A DNA stretch of 64,000 bases from Mycobacteriales bacterium (GTDB lineage: Bacteria; Actinomycetota; Actinomycetes; Mycobacteriales; Geodermatophilaceae), in the NCBI GenBank assembly GCA_038256725.1, contig JBBSKB010000002.1, forward strand, positions 7,469 to 71,468. The letters are read 5' to 3'. A program made the position numbers and the translations under genes. Positions within the stretch are counted from its first letter, which is position 1. Each line of letters begins with the position of its first letter. Positions 9,396 to 18,275 of this stretch are shown here, in pieces. Under the pieces are notes generated by a model that ran no database searches, was not told the origin of the DNA, and saw only the letters and a list, made by a program, of their open reading frames with translations.

Positions 9396-10157
9396 ATGAG
9401 GTTCACCGGCCCGTGGGAGTCGGTCGCGTTGCTCACGGCCCTGCCCGTCCCGGCGGGAGCGGCCACCGGCACCCGCGGCGTGCTGCGGTGGGCACCGCTG
9501 GTCGGTGTCCTGCTCGGCGGGGTCGCCGCCGCGGTGGCGGAGGTCGGTTCCCGCGCCGTCTCCCCGCTCACCGGGGCGGTGCTCGGCGTCGCCGCCCTCG
9601 CGTTGCTCACCCGGGGCCTGCACCTGGACGGGCTGGCCGACACCGCCGACGGGCTCGGCCCGCTGCGCGGCCGGGAACGCGCCCTCCAGGTGATGCACCA
9701 GAGCGACGTCGGCCCGTTCGGCGTCGTCACCCTGGTGCTGACCCTGCTGCTGCAGGTCGCCTGCCTGGCCGCACTGCTGCCGCAGGACGGTGGCTGGCTG
9801 GTCCTCTGGGCGGCGGTCGGAGGAGCCCGGCTGGTGATGGGGCGCACCGGCCTGCCGGGCGTATCCGTCGCCGAGGGGTCGTCGTTGGGTCGTGCCGTCG
9901 CGGGCACGGTCCCGACCGCCTGGCTCAGCGGCGCCGCCGTCCTGACCGTGCTCGCCGCAGCGGGGGCCGCCACGGCGGTGCGCGGGCCCGAGCACGCCGC
10001 GGTGCTGGTCGGCGCGCTCGCCGCCGGCGCCGCCGCGGCGGAGGTGCTGCACCGTCACGCACACCGCCGGCTGGGCGGCACCACCGGCGACGTCATGGGG
10101 GCGATGGCCGAGGTGACGACGGCGGCGACCCTGCTGGCCGCCGCCGCCCTCTGGTAG
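9396..10157 (+). CDS. cobS: Adenosylcobinamide-GDP ribazoletransferase
   Basis: LTRGLHLDGLADTADG, GGTTGDVMGA. Confidence 0.92.
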   Translation: MRFTGPWESVALLTALPVPAGAATGTRGVLRWAPLVGVLLGGVAAAVAEVGSRAVSPLTGAVLGVAALALLTRGLHLDGLADTADGLGPLRGRERALQVMHQSDVGPFGVVTLVLTLLLQVACLAALLPQDGGWLVLWAAVGGARLVMGRTGLPGVSVAEGSSLGRAVAGTVPTAWLSGAAVLTVLAAAGAATAVRGPEHAAVLVGALAAGAAAAEVLHRHAHRRLGGTTGDVMGAMAEVTTAATLLAAAALW

Positions 10158-10190
10158 CCGGGCGCTCCGGCCCGGCACCCGCGACAGCCT

Positions 10191-10520
10191 TCAGGCGGCG
10201 CCCAGGGCGTCGGCCATCCGGTGGTGCGCCTCCGCCTCGGTGTGCCGGCTCTGCCGCTCCAGCGTGCGGGCCAGCGCCCGGCGGGCCCACCCGTTGGCGG
10301 GGGCGAGCGCGACCAGGCGGGTCAGCACGCCTTCCGCCCGGGCCAGCTGGGCGGAGCCGAAGTACGCCCGTGCCAGCGCCTCGAGCGCGGCCTGGTTCTC
10401 CGGCTCGGCCTCGACGACGGGCGCCAGGATCCGTGCGGCCTCGTCGGGACGCCCCATCGCCAGGAACAGGTCGGCGCGGAGGAACTCCGAGTGCAGGTCG
10501 ATCTCGAACGGCTGGTCCAC
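10191..10520 (-). CDS. Small tetratricopeptide-repeat protein
   Basis: GGAGG RBS; ALEALARAYFGSAQLARAE helical TPR pattern. Confidence 0.8.
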   Translation of the reverse strand: MDQPFEIDLHSEFLRADLFLAMGRPDEAARILAPVVEAEPENQAALEALARAYFGSAQLARAEGVLTRLVALAPANGWARRALARTLERQSRHTEAEAHHRMADALGAA

Positions 10521-10658
10521 GCCTCCCCCAACGTGCGGGGCGCACCCGGGCTTCCCGGGTGCCCGGCCGGCGGCCGGCGCGACGCGCCGGTCGGGCGCAT
10601 CCACCGCGCCGTGCAGGAGTGAAGAGCGGGCATCCCTCCCCCGACCGAGGAGCCCGCC

Positions 10659-11357
10659 ATGCAGCTTCGCCACCGCCCCTTCCTGCGGACGACGGGCGGC
10701 ACCGCCCCGGCCCGTGCCACCGACGACCATGGGCGCAACTACGACCCTCGCGTGTTCGCCGTCCAGCGCGCCGGCGCCCTGGCCGTCGCGGCGGTCATCC
10801 TGGTCTTCGGCCTGCTCGGGTTCGCCGGCGGCCTGGACTTCTTCTCGACCGACGGCCGGCCGATCCTGGGCATGTCGTCCAACGGGCTGCTGTCGACGGT
10901 CTCGGTGCTCACCGCCGGGGTGCTCGTGCTCGGCGCGCTCCGCAGCCCGCGCACGGCGTCGACGCTGATGATCGTCGTCGGCATCGCGTTCCTCCTCGCC
11001 GGCCTGGGCAGCCTGGCGGTGCTCCGCACGGACGCCAACGTGCTCGCCTTCCAGATCGAGAACGTGGTCTTCTCCGAGGTCACCGGCCTGGTCCTGCTGC
11101 TCCTGGGCGCCTACGGCCGGGTGAGCGGGAACCTGCCGGCCGACAGCCCCTACGCCCGGCCGCGGGCGGCCGACGACGACGGCCCGGAGTCGGTGCCGTC
11201 CACGCCGGCCGAGTTCGCCGCCGAGCGGGCCATGCGCGAGGCCGAGGTCGCGGTCGTCAACCACACCGCGACGGCCGACCAGGGGCGCCGCGTCGAGGCC
11301 ATGGCACGGGAGCACACCCGGGGCGACCGGCGCCGCGTGTGGATGCAGTTCGACTGA
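10659..11357 (+). CDS. Membrane protein (DUF4383-like)
   Basis: GAGGAG RBS; four TM segments; YGRVSGNLPADSPY. Confidence 0.75.
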   Translation: MQLRHRPFLRTTGGTAPARATDDHGRNYDPRVFAVQRAGALAVAAVILVFGLLGFAGGLDFFSTDGRPILGMSSNGLLSTVSVLTAGVLVLGALRSPRTASTLMIVVGIAFLLAGLGSLAVLRTDANVLAFQIENVVFSEVTGLVLLLLGAYGRVSGNLPADSPYARPRAADDDGPESVPSTPAEFAAERAMREAEVAVVNHTATADQGRRVEAMAREHTRGDRRRVWMQFD

Positions 11358-11360
11358 GCG

Positions 11361-12542
11361 TCAGTGGTCGTCGGGCTCGGGGAACCGGGCCCCGGCGGCG
11401 AGGTGCGCACCGGCGTCGACCACCGCCCGGCGGCCGACCAGCGTGATCTCGCCGTCGCCACCGACGGTGGCCGACTCCCCGATCTCGACCCGGTCGTCCA
11501 GCACGGACCGGGTGACCGTGGCCCCCGCCCGGACCTGGGCTCCGGGCAGCAGCACCGAGTCCACGACGGTCGCGCCCCGCTCGACGACGACGCCCGGGGA
11601 CAGCACCGACCCGCGCACCTCCCCGGCCACCCGGGTGCCACCGGAGACCAGGCTGTCCTCGACCACCGCGCCACGCAGCAGGCGGGCGGCGCTGTGCCGG
11701 CCGCCCCTCGTGCGCATCGCCCACGAGGGGTCGTCCAGGTCCAGCGGCGGGTCCTCCTGGATGAACTCGCGGTGCGCCTCCCAGTAGGCCGGGATCGTGC
11801 CGACGTCGCGCCAGTAACCCTCCAGCGGGAAGGCCCGGGCCAGGCCGTCGGCGGTCTGGTCGGGGAGCAGCTGGGAGCCGAGGTCCTCCAGCCCGTCCTC
11901 CCCCGCGTCCCGGGCCATCGCCTCGAGCCGATCGAGGGTCTCCGTCGGCGAGAAGACGAGCACCTCGTTGGTCGCCGTCGTCGTCGCGGGTTCGTCGGGC
12001 TTGTAGGCGTAGCCGGTGACCCGGCCGCCGTCGCCCACCTCGACGATGCCGTAGCGCGGGGCGTCGTCGGCGGTGACCTCGGTGGTCACCATCGTCACCT
12101 CGGCGCCCGAGCCGAGGTGGGCGTCGGCCACCTCGCGGTAGTCCAGCTTGTAGACGGCGTCGGAGCTGGCGACGACGAGGGCGTCGGGTGCGAACGCCCG
12201 GATCAGGTCGGCCTGGCGCCACAGCGAGTCGGCCGTGCCGGTGTTCCACCCCCCGCGGTCGGTGCCCTGGAACGGCGGCAGGGTGAGCAGCCCGCCCGTG
12301 GTGCGGTCGAGGTCCCAGGGCCGGCCGTTCGCCAGGTGCTCGGAGATCGAGGTCGGGTGGAACTGGACCGAGACCCAGACGTCGGCGATGCCCGAGTGCA
12401 GGCAGTTGCTCAGCGGGAAGTCGATCAGCCGGTAGACCCCCGCGAACGGGACGGCCGGCTTGGCGCGCTGGTCGGTCAGGAGCTCGAGCCGACCGCCCGC
12501 CCCTCCGGCCAGGACGAGGACGAGGATGCGGGGAAGCGCCAT
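11361..12542 (-). CDS. glgC: Glucose-1-phosphate adenylyltransferase family
   Basis: LAGGAGGRL, RAKPAVPFAGVYRLIDFPLSNC, YWRDVGT, C-terminal beta-helix repeats. Confidence 0.88.
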   Translation of the reverse strand: MALPRILVLVLAGGAGGRLELLTDQRAKPAVPFAGVYRLIDFPLSNCLHSGIADVWVSVQFHPTSISEHLANGRPWDLDRTTGGLLTLPPFQGTDRGGWNTGTADSLWRQADLIRAFAPDALVVASSDAVYKLDYREVADAHLGSGAEVTMVTTEVTADDAPRYGIVEVGDGGRVTGYAYKPDEPATTTATNEVLVFSPTETLDRLEAMARDAGEDGLEDLGSQLLPDQTADGLARAFPLEGYWRDVGTIPAYWEAHREFIQEDPPLDLDDPSWAMRTRGGRHSAARLLRGAVVEDSLVSGGTRVAGEVRGSVLSPGVVVERGATVVDSVLLPGAQVRAGATVTRSVLDDRVEIGESATVGGDGEITLVGRRAVVDAGAHLAAGARFPEPDDH

Positions 12543-12623
12543 CCCCGGCCCCTACCCGGCTGCGCGCCGCCGCGACACGCCCCCGCGGGAATCAGATCCG
12601 CGCCGAGTCGCTTCCTGGCTGTC

Positions 12624-13883
12624 GTGCCCGCGCCCCGCCGTCTGCCCAGGACCGCCGCCTTCTGGTCGGTCGCCGTGCTCCTGGTCCTGATGCTGGCCGC
12701 CTCGGGCGTGCCGTCCCCGCTCTACCGGGTCTACCAGGAGGAGTTCGGCTTCGGTTCCGGCGTGTTGACGACGATCTTCGGCATCTACGCCTTCGCCCTC
12801 CTCCTCTCGCTGCTGGTCGTGGGCGGGCTCTCCGACCACGTCGGGCGCCGCCCGGTGCTGATCGCGGCGTTCCTGCTCGAGGCCGTCGCGATGGTGCTGT
12901 TCATGGCTGCCGACGGCGTGGGCTGGCTGCTGGCCGCCCGCGTGGTCCAGGGTCTGGCGACCGGCGCGCTGACCAGCACGCTCGGCGCCTCTCTGCTGGA
13001 CCTGCAGCACCCGGACCGGCCGCACGGCGCCTTCATCAACAGCGCCTCCCCCGGGCTCGGCCTCTCGATCGGCGCGGCCGGGGCGGGGCTGCTCGTCCAG
13101 TCGATCGCCTCCCCCGCCGAGTGGGCGTTCGGCGTGCTCGCCGTCGTCTTCGTGCTCGCGGCGCTGGGGGCGTTCCTGCTCCCGGAGAGCTCGCCCCGGC
13201 AGCCCGGCGCAGCAGCGTCCCTCCGCCCCCGGGTGCACGTGCCGCCGGCGCACCGCCGGGCCTTCGTCGTCGCCGTGCCGCTGCTGGTCGCCTGCTGGTC
13301 GCTGGGCGGGCTCTACGCCTCGCTCGGCCCGTCGCTGGTCGCCGACGTCTTCGGCATCGACAACCACCTCGTCGGCGGGCTGCTGATCCTCGCCCTCAAC
13401 GGCACCGGCGTGATCGGCTCGCTGGCGCTGCGCACCTCGGCGCCGGAGCGGGCCATGGTGCTCGGCGCGCTCGTGGTGGCGGCCGGGGTCACCGGCACCC
13501 TCGGCGCGCTCGTCACCACCTCCGCCCCGGTGCTGTTCGTCGCCGCGGTGGTCACCGGGTTCGGCTTCGGCGCCGCGTTCCTCGGGGCGGTCGCCACCAT
13601 CACGCTCGGCGTCGACGCGGGGCACCGGGCGGGTCTGCTGGCCGCCGTCTTCGTCGTCGGCTACCTCGCGTTCAGCCTCCCGGCGATCGCCGCCGGCATC
13701 TCCGCCAACGGGGTCGGCCTGACGCGGACCACCGAGGTCTACGGCGTCACCGTCGTCGTCCTCGCGCTGCTGGCGGTCGTCGCCCTGGTCCGGGCCCGGC
13801 GCACGGCCGGGTCGATCGCCGCCGTCCCGGCTCCGGTGGACGAGCCCACCGACCGGCTCGCCCCGGCTCGGCTGCCCGGATAG
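12624..13883 (+). CDS. MFS transporter
   Basis: GGLSDHVGRRPV motif A; about 12 TM segments. Confidence 0.92.
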   Translation: MPAPRRLPRTAAFWSVAVLLVLMLAASGVPSPLYRVYQEEFGFGSGVLTTIFGIYAFALLLSLLVVGGLSDHVGRRPVLIAAFLLEAVAMVLFMAADGVGWLLAARVVQGLATGALTSTLGASLLDLQHPDRPHGAFINSASPGLGLSIGAAGAGLLVQSIASPAEWAFGVLAVVFVLAALGAFLLPESSPRQPGAAASLRPRVHVPPAHRRAFVVAVPLLVACWSLGGLYASLGPSLVADVFGIDNHLVGGLLILALNGTGVIGSLALRTSAPERAMVLGALVVAAGVTGTLGALVTTSAPVLFVAAVVTGFGFGAAFLGAVATITLGVDAGHRAGLLAAVFVVGYLAFSLPAIAAGISANGVGLTRTTEVYGVTVVVLALLAVVALVRARRTAGSIAAVPAPVDEPTDRLAPARLPG

Positions 13884-14008
13884 GGGTCCGCCTTCAGCAC
13901 GCGGGCCAGGTGCGCGGCGTTCTCCGCCCGCGTCGAGTCGGTCGACGCGACGGACTCCGGCGTCTCGTGGAGGTCGTCGCAGTCGCGGCTCTCGTTGCCG
14001 ACGACGGC
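13877..14008 (-). pseudogene. Remnant of a flavodoxin-family (NADPH-dependent FMN reductase-like) gene
   Basis: Hand translation AVVGNESRDCDDLHETPESVASTDSTRAENAAHLARVLKADPYP; no start, TGA upstream in frame. Confidence 0.55.
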
Positions 14009-14044
14009 GGGAGGACGGGCGATCGCTCACCCCGTCTCCGCCGG

Positions 14045-14602
14045 TCAGGCGGGCAGGTCGCCGCCCGGGCCGGCCGCCTCCGCGAGCAGCCGGTCGCGGT
14101 GCTCCTCGGGCAGCAGATCGACGTACACCGTGCCGTTCAGGTGGTCGACCTCGTGCTGCAGGCAGCGCGCGGCCATACCGGTCGCCTCGATCCGGACCGG
14201 GTCGCCGTGCACGTCGACGCCGTCGACCCGGGCGCGGAAGGCCCGCGGGAGCTCGGCGTAGGGGCCGGGCACCGACAGGCAGCCCTCCTCGGTGAGCTCC
14301 TCGGCGGGCTCGCCGTCCGCCGGCTCCAGGATCGTCAGCGTCGGGTTGACGACGTATCCGACCACGTCCTCGCCGTCCGCGTCGGGGCAGTCGATGACGA
14401 AGATCCGCGCGTCGACACCGATCTGGTTGGCCGCCAGCCCCACGCCGTCGGCGGCTTCCATGGAGGCGAACATGTCGAGCACCAGGTGGCGCAGCTCCCG
14501 GTCGAACTCGGTCACCGGAGCGCAGGAGCGGTGCAGGACCGGGTTGCTGCCGTAGGTGACGATGGGCCGGGCGACGCCGTCGTAACGGCCGGGCAGACGC
14601 AT
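14045..14602 (-). CDS. def: Peptide deformylase
   Basis: GVGLAANQIG, EGCLS, QHEVDHLNG. Confidence 0.95.
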   Translation of the reverse strand: MRLPGRYDGVARPIVTYGSNPVLHRSCAPVTEFDRELRHLVLDMFASMEAADGVGLAANQIGVDARIFVIDCPDADGEDVVGYVVNPTLTILEPADGEPAEELTEEGCLSVPGPYAELPRAFRARVDGVDVHGDPVRIEATGMAARCLQHEVDHLNGTVYVDLLPEEHRDRLLAEAAGPGGDLPA

Positions 14603-14769
14603 GACGCCGAATCCTAGGGACGTCGACCTCCGGGACCGACACCCTCCGGCACCCGCGCCGCGCGGGGGTGCCTGCGCAGCCGGGGCGACGGCGTCGGGGA
14701 GGATGCGGACGCCGCACGAGAGCCGCTGGTCCCTGCCGTCGGCCGGGCGGACCGAGGAGGGAGCACCCG

Positions 14770-15507
14770 GTGTTCTACGTCATCGCCCGGTTCGTCATCC
14801 GCCCGCTGCTGTGGGTGCTGCTGCGGCCCCGCGTGACCGGCAGGGAGAACGTGCCGCTCACCGGGCCGGTGATCCTGGCCAGCAACCACCTGTCCTTCAT
14901 CGACAGCATCGTGATCCCGACGCTGGCCCCGCGCCGGGTCGCGCTGCTGGCCAAGGCCGAGTACTTCACCGGGAGCGGGATCTCCGGCTGGTTCACCCGG
15001 GCGCTGTTCACCGCCCTGGGCGCGCACCCCGTCGAGCGGGAGACCCACCGGGCCGCGCAGGCCGCGCTGGACACCGCGCTCGGCGTGCTGCAGAGCGGGC
15101 TGGCATTCGGTCTCTACCCCGAGGGCACCCGCTCGCGGGACGGCCGGCTGGCCCGCGGCAAGACCGGCGTGGCCTGGCTGGCGCTCACCGCCGACTGCCC
15201 GGTCGTGCCCGTCGCCGTCTCCGGCACCGACCGCGTGCAGCCCGTCGGCGCCCGCTGGCCACGGCCGCGGCGGGTGTCGGTCACCTTCGGGGAGCCGCTC
15301 ACCTTCCCCGAGCACCGGGGACTGGCCGGGAAGGGCAAGGCCCGGCGGGAGGTCACCGACGTGATCATGGAGCAGATCGCCGCGCTGTCCGGGCAGGAGA
15401 AGGACGGGTGGGGCGCTCCCCCCAGGCTGTCTGACGGTCAGGTCGTGAGGCGGGCCCGGAGGTCGTCGGGCCACGCCGTCGACGCGCCGTCGCCGAGGCA
15501 CACGTAG
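14770..15507 (+). CDS. Lysophospholipid acyltransferase (PlsC family)
   Basis: NHLSFID, YPEGTRS; 3' end overlaps the next gene by 70 bp. Confidence 0.9.
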   Translation: MFYVIARFVIRPLLWVLLRPRVTGRENVPLTGPVILASNHLSFIDSIVIPTLAPRRVALLAKAEYFTGSGISGWFTRALFTALGAHPVERETHRAAQAALDTALGVLQSGLAFGLYPEGTRSRDGRLARGKTGVAWLALTADCPVVPVAVSGTDRVQPVGARWPRPRRVSVTFGEPLTFPEHRGLAGKGKARREVTDVIMEQIAALSGQEKDGWGAPPRLSDGQVVRRARRSSGHAVDAPSPRHT

Positions 15508-15818
15508 GTCGTGCGCACGGTGCAGCACAGCCGCTCGCCGACGCGGATCTCGAACCGCACGGTCAGGCTGGTGCGGCCGAGCTTCTCCAGCGCGGCATCC
15601 ACGGAGACGGTGTCGCCGTGCCGCGCCGAGGAGCGCCACTCCAGGGCGCTGGCGACGACGACGTACTGGGAGCCGCGGTAGGCCGACCAGTCGATGCCCT
15701 GCGCCACCCACCACGGGGTCAGCGCCTCGTCGGCCCAGACCAGGTAGTGGGCGTTGAAGACGATGCCCTGCATGTCGCACTCGGCGAACCGGACGGGGGC
15801 ACTCCACACCTGGGACAC
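15438..15818 (-). CDS. Acyl-CoA thioesterase (4HBT/YbgC family)
   Basis: VRFAECDMQGIVFNAHYLVW. Confidence 0.88.
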   Translation of the reverse strand: MSQVWSAPVRFAECDMQGIVFNAHYLVWADEALTPWWVAQGIDWSAYRGSQYVVVASALEWRSSARHGDTVSVDAALEKLGRTSLTVRFEIRVGERLCCTVRTTYVCLGDGASTAWPDDLRARLTT

Positions 15819-15858
15819 GAGGAGCCACGCTAACGGGAACGCCGGATACCGTCGTCGC

Positions 15859-16494
15859 GTGGATCCCGTCGCCGCCCCCGTCGCCCCGCCCGCCGATCCC
15901 GGCGATCGGGCGGTGCTGGAGGGCTACCGCACCCCGGGCGCCCTGGTGCTGGACAAGGTGATCGACCACCTCGATCCGCACTGCCGCGAGTTCATCGCGC
16001 ACTCCCCCTTCGTCACGCTGGCCACCGCCGATCCCGAGGGCTGGCCGGAGATCTCCCCCCGCGGCGGCGACGGGGGGTTCGTGCACGTGCTCGACGAGCA
16101 CCGCCTCGCGCTGCCCGACCGTCCGGGCAACAACCGCCTGGACAGCCTGCGCAACCTCTCGGTGAACCCGCGGGCGGCGCTGATGTTCTTCGTCCCGGGG
16201 GTGGACCAGACGCTGCGCGTCTACGGGACGACGGCGTTGCTGCGGCCCGAGGAGGTCGACGCCGACCTCACCGAGTTCGACCGCGCACCGCTGTCGGTGT
16301 TGGTGATGACCGTGCGCCGGGCCTTCTTCCAGTGTCCCAAGTCGGTCATGCGCTCGGGGCTGTGGGATCCCGGGCAGCGGGTGGCGCCCACGACGCTGAC
16401 CCCGCTCGGCCGGGTGCTCAAGGACCACTGCGCGCTCGAGGCGGACCTGCCCGACGACGCGACCATCTGGGCCGACCTGCGCCAGGAGCTGTAG
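15859..16494 (+). CDS. PPOX-type FMN-binding protein (MSMEG_1061-like)
   Basis: SPRGGDGGF, PDRPGNNRLDSLRN, FQCPKSVMRSGLW. Confidence 0.88.
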   Translation: MDPVAAPVAPPADPGDRAVLEGYRTPGALVLDKVIDHLDPHCREFIAHSPFVTLATADPEGWPEISPRGGDGGFVHVLDEHRLALPDRPGNNRLDSLRNLSVNPRAALMFFVPGVDQTLRVYGTTALLRPEEVDADLTEFDRAPLSVLVMTVRRAFFQCPKSVMRSGLWDPGQRVAPTTLTPLGRVLKDHCALEADLPDDATIWADLRQEL

Positions 16495-16530
16495 GGGCCC
16501 CTGGAACGGCAGAAGGACAGCCGCCGATTT

Positions 16531-16552
16531 CGTCGGTGGGGTGCCCTAGCGT
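16531..16552 (+). promoter_or_regulatory. PafBC/RecA-NDp-like promoter (1 mismatch)
   Basis: CGTCGG-N10-TAGCGT, 6 nt before ATG 16559. Confidence 0.45.
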
Positions 16553-16558
16553 CCGAGC

Positions 16559-16984
16559 ATGGCATTCGATCTCCAGGTCGTCGTCGATTCGAACGCTCCG
16601 CACGAGCTCGCCGACTGGTGGGCCGAGGCGCTGGGGTGGCAGGTGGAGCCCCAGGACGAGGCGTTCATCACCCGCATGGTCCAGGCCGGCGCCGCGAGCG
16701 AGGCCGAGACGATGCGGCACCGCGGTGCGCTGGTCTGGGCGCTGGGCGCGGCCATCACCTCCCCGGATCCCGGGCGGCCGCGGGTGCTCTTCCAACGGGT
16801 CCCGGAGGCCAGGTCGGTCAAGAACCGGCTGCACCTCGACGTCCACGTGGGGCCCGAGCGCAGGGAGGCGGAGGTCGCCCGGCTGGTCGGGCTCGGCGCG
16901 ACGGAGCTCTGGCGGGGCTCGCAGGGGCCGATGGAGTGGGCGACGCTGGCCGACCCCCAGGGCAACGAGTTCTGCGTCGCCTGA
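16559..16984 (+). CDS. VOC/glyoxalase-like protein
   Basis: FQRVPE, KNRLHLDV, DPQGNEFC. Confidence 0.9.
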   Translation: MAFDLQVVVDSNAPHELADWWAEALGWQVEPQDEAFITRMVQAGAASEAETMRHRGALVWALGAAITSPDPGRPRVLFQRVPEARSVKNRLHLDVHVGPERREAEVARLVGLGATELWRGSQGPMEWATLADPQGNEFCVA

Positions 16985-16987
16985 GGG

Positions 16988-17185
16988 TCAGTGCTGGGGC
17001 AGGTCGCGCTGCAGCCTGCGGTCGGCGACCGCCCGCTCCGCGAGCACGCGGGCGCGCTGGGCCCGGCGCCTGCGCCCGGTGTCCCGGTGGCGCGCGTCCT
17101 CGACGAGCTGGAGGGCGGCGAGCACGCTCGCCTGCACCTCGCCTGCGCGGGGGACGGCGGGCCGGGCCGGTTCTGCCGACGTCAT
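16988..17185 (-). CDS. Small basic hypothetical protein (65 aa)
   Basis: Purine-rich RBS AGAAGAGGGA before ATG; fills the gap between genes. Confidence 0.55.
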   Translation of the reverse strand: MTSAEPARPAVPRAGEVQASVLAALQLVEDARHRDTGRRRRAQRARVLAERAVADRRLQRDLPQH

Positions 17186-17330
17186 GGGAATCCCTCTTCT
17201 CCCGGAATCCCGCCACGAACGCACGCCACGACCGACCCCGTGCGGCCGTCTTTCCCACCGATCGCATTCCCTAATCACTCCGTGACCAGATGGTGCCCAT
17301 GTGTCACGTGGGACACAGGGGACGGTCGCG

Positions 17331-17352
17331 TGTCGGCCGGTGCCCGTAGCGT
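17331..17352 (+). promoter_or_regulatory. PafBC/RecA-NDp-type promoter
   Basis: Exact TGTCGG-N10-TA-N3-T, 6 nt before ATG 17359. Confidence 0.6.
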
Positions 17353-17358
17353 GCGGGC

Positions 17359-17856
17359 ATGGCAGCGCAGCGGGGGCTCGGTTCGTTGGCGCGATCGGTC
17401 CTCGGGCTGCTGCGACCGCCCCGACCGGCGGGGAACCGTCCGGCACCGCGACCGCGACCGGGGCCGGGGCCGGGGCCGGACGTCGAGTACCGACCGCGGG
17501 ACGACGATGCCGCCGATCCCGGCGAGATCGTGTGGGCGTGGGTGCCCTACGACGAGGGCGACGGGCGCGGCAAGGACCGGCCGGTGCTGGTCATCGGGCG
17601 CCGCGGTCCGCGGCTGCTCGGCCTGATGCTCAGCAGCCAGGACCACGACCGGGACGCCGCCGACGAGGCCCGTTTCGGGCGGATCTGGACCGACCTCGGC
17701 ACCGGCGCCTGGGATGCGCGCGGGCGGCCCAGCGAGGTGCGCCTGGATCGGCTGCTCGAGCTGACGCCCGAGTCCGTGCGGCGCGAAGGTGCGGCGCTCG
17801 ACCGGGCGCGCTTCGACCGGGTCGTCGCCGAGGCGCGGCGCGTGCAGGGCTGGTGA
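17359..17856 (+). CDS. PemK/MazF-like protein, no adjacent antitoxin
   Basis: PGEIVWAWVPYDEGDGRGKDRPVLVIG, SEVRLDR. Confidence 0.82.
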   Translation: MAAQRGLGSLARSVLGLLRPPRPAGNRPAPRPRPGPGPGPDVEYRPRDDDAADPGEIVWAWVPYDEGDGRGKDRPVLVIGRRGPRLLGLMLSSQDHDRDAADEARFGRIWTDLGTGAWDARGRPSEVRLDRLLELTPESVRREGAALDRARFDRVVAEARRVQGW

Positions 17857-17866
17857 ACAGCACCCC

Positions 17867-18130
17867 TCAGTCGGGGACGGCGTCGTCGGGCACGGGGTGC
17901 TGCGCCCGCGGTCGCACGGTGTAGACCCCGGCTCCGTCCGCGAGCGTCTGCAGGTCGTAGCGGTGCACGACCTTCGGCCCGCCGTGCAGGTGCACGTGCG
18001 TGACCGTGCCCAGGGGCTCGCCGTGGCAGGCCTTGCGGATCTCGACGCGACCGTCCAACGGGCCGCCGACGTACAGCAGCACGGCGTCGTCGTCGGCCGG
18101 CTCGGCCCCGGTTCCAACGTCCTCGGACAG
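17867..18130 (-). CDS. Small hypothetical protein
   Basis: LLYVGGPLDG...HVHLHGGPKVVHRY; start uncertain (CTG after GAGGGAG). Confidence 0.55.
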   Translation of the reverse strand: MSEDVGTGAEPADDDAVLLYVGGPLDGRVEIRKACHGEPLGTVTHVHLHGGPKVVHRYDLQTLADGAGVYTVRPRAQHPVPDDAVPD

Positions 18131-18275
18131 TTCGCGCTCCCTCGCTCGTTCCGCGACCAGCCAGGGTAGGCGCGGATCGCACTGTGCTGCCAGCGTGCCC
18201 CCGACGCGTGACCGGCCGCGGCCGGACGGCGGTCTGCGATCCTTGACCCCCGTTCCCGCGACCCGAGGAGTTCCG

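Noticed and set aside
5578-9399. Very long Arg/Gly/Pro-rich ORFs in the track (e.g. 1273 aa, and many like it)
   Set aside because: Shadow frames of real genes in high-GC DNA; no recognisable motifs
17445-17480. Hexamer tandem repeats in the PemK-like gene
   Set aside because: In-frame Pro/Arg/Gly linker; ordinary low-complexity coding
18131-18275. Cobalamin riboswitch upstream of cobT (also checked before cobS)
   Set aside because: No B12-box/GCCACTG consensus and too little space
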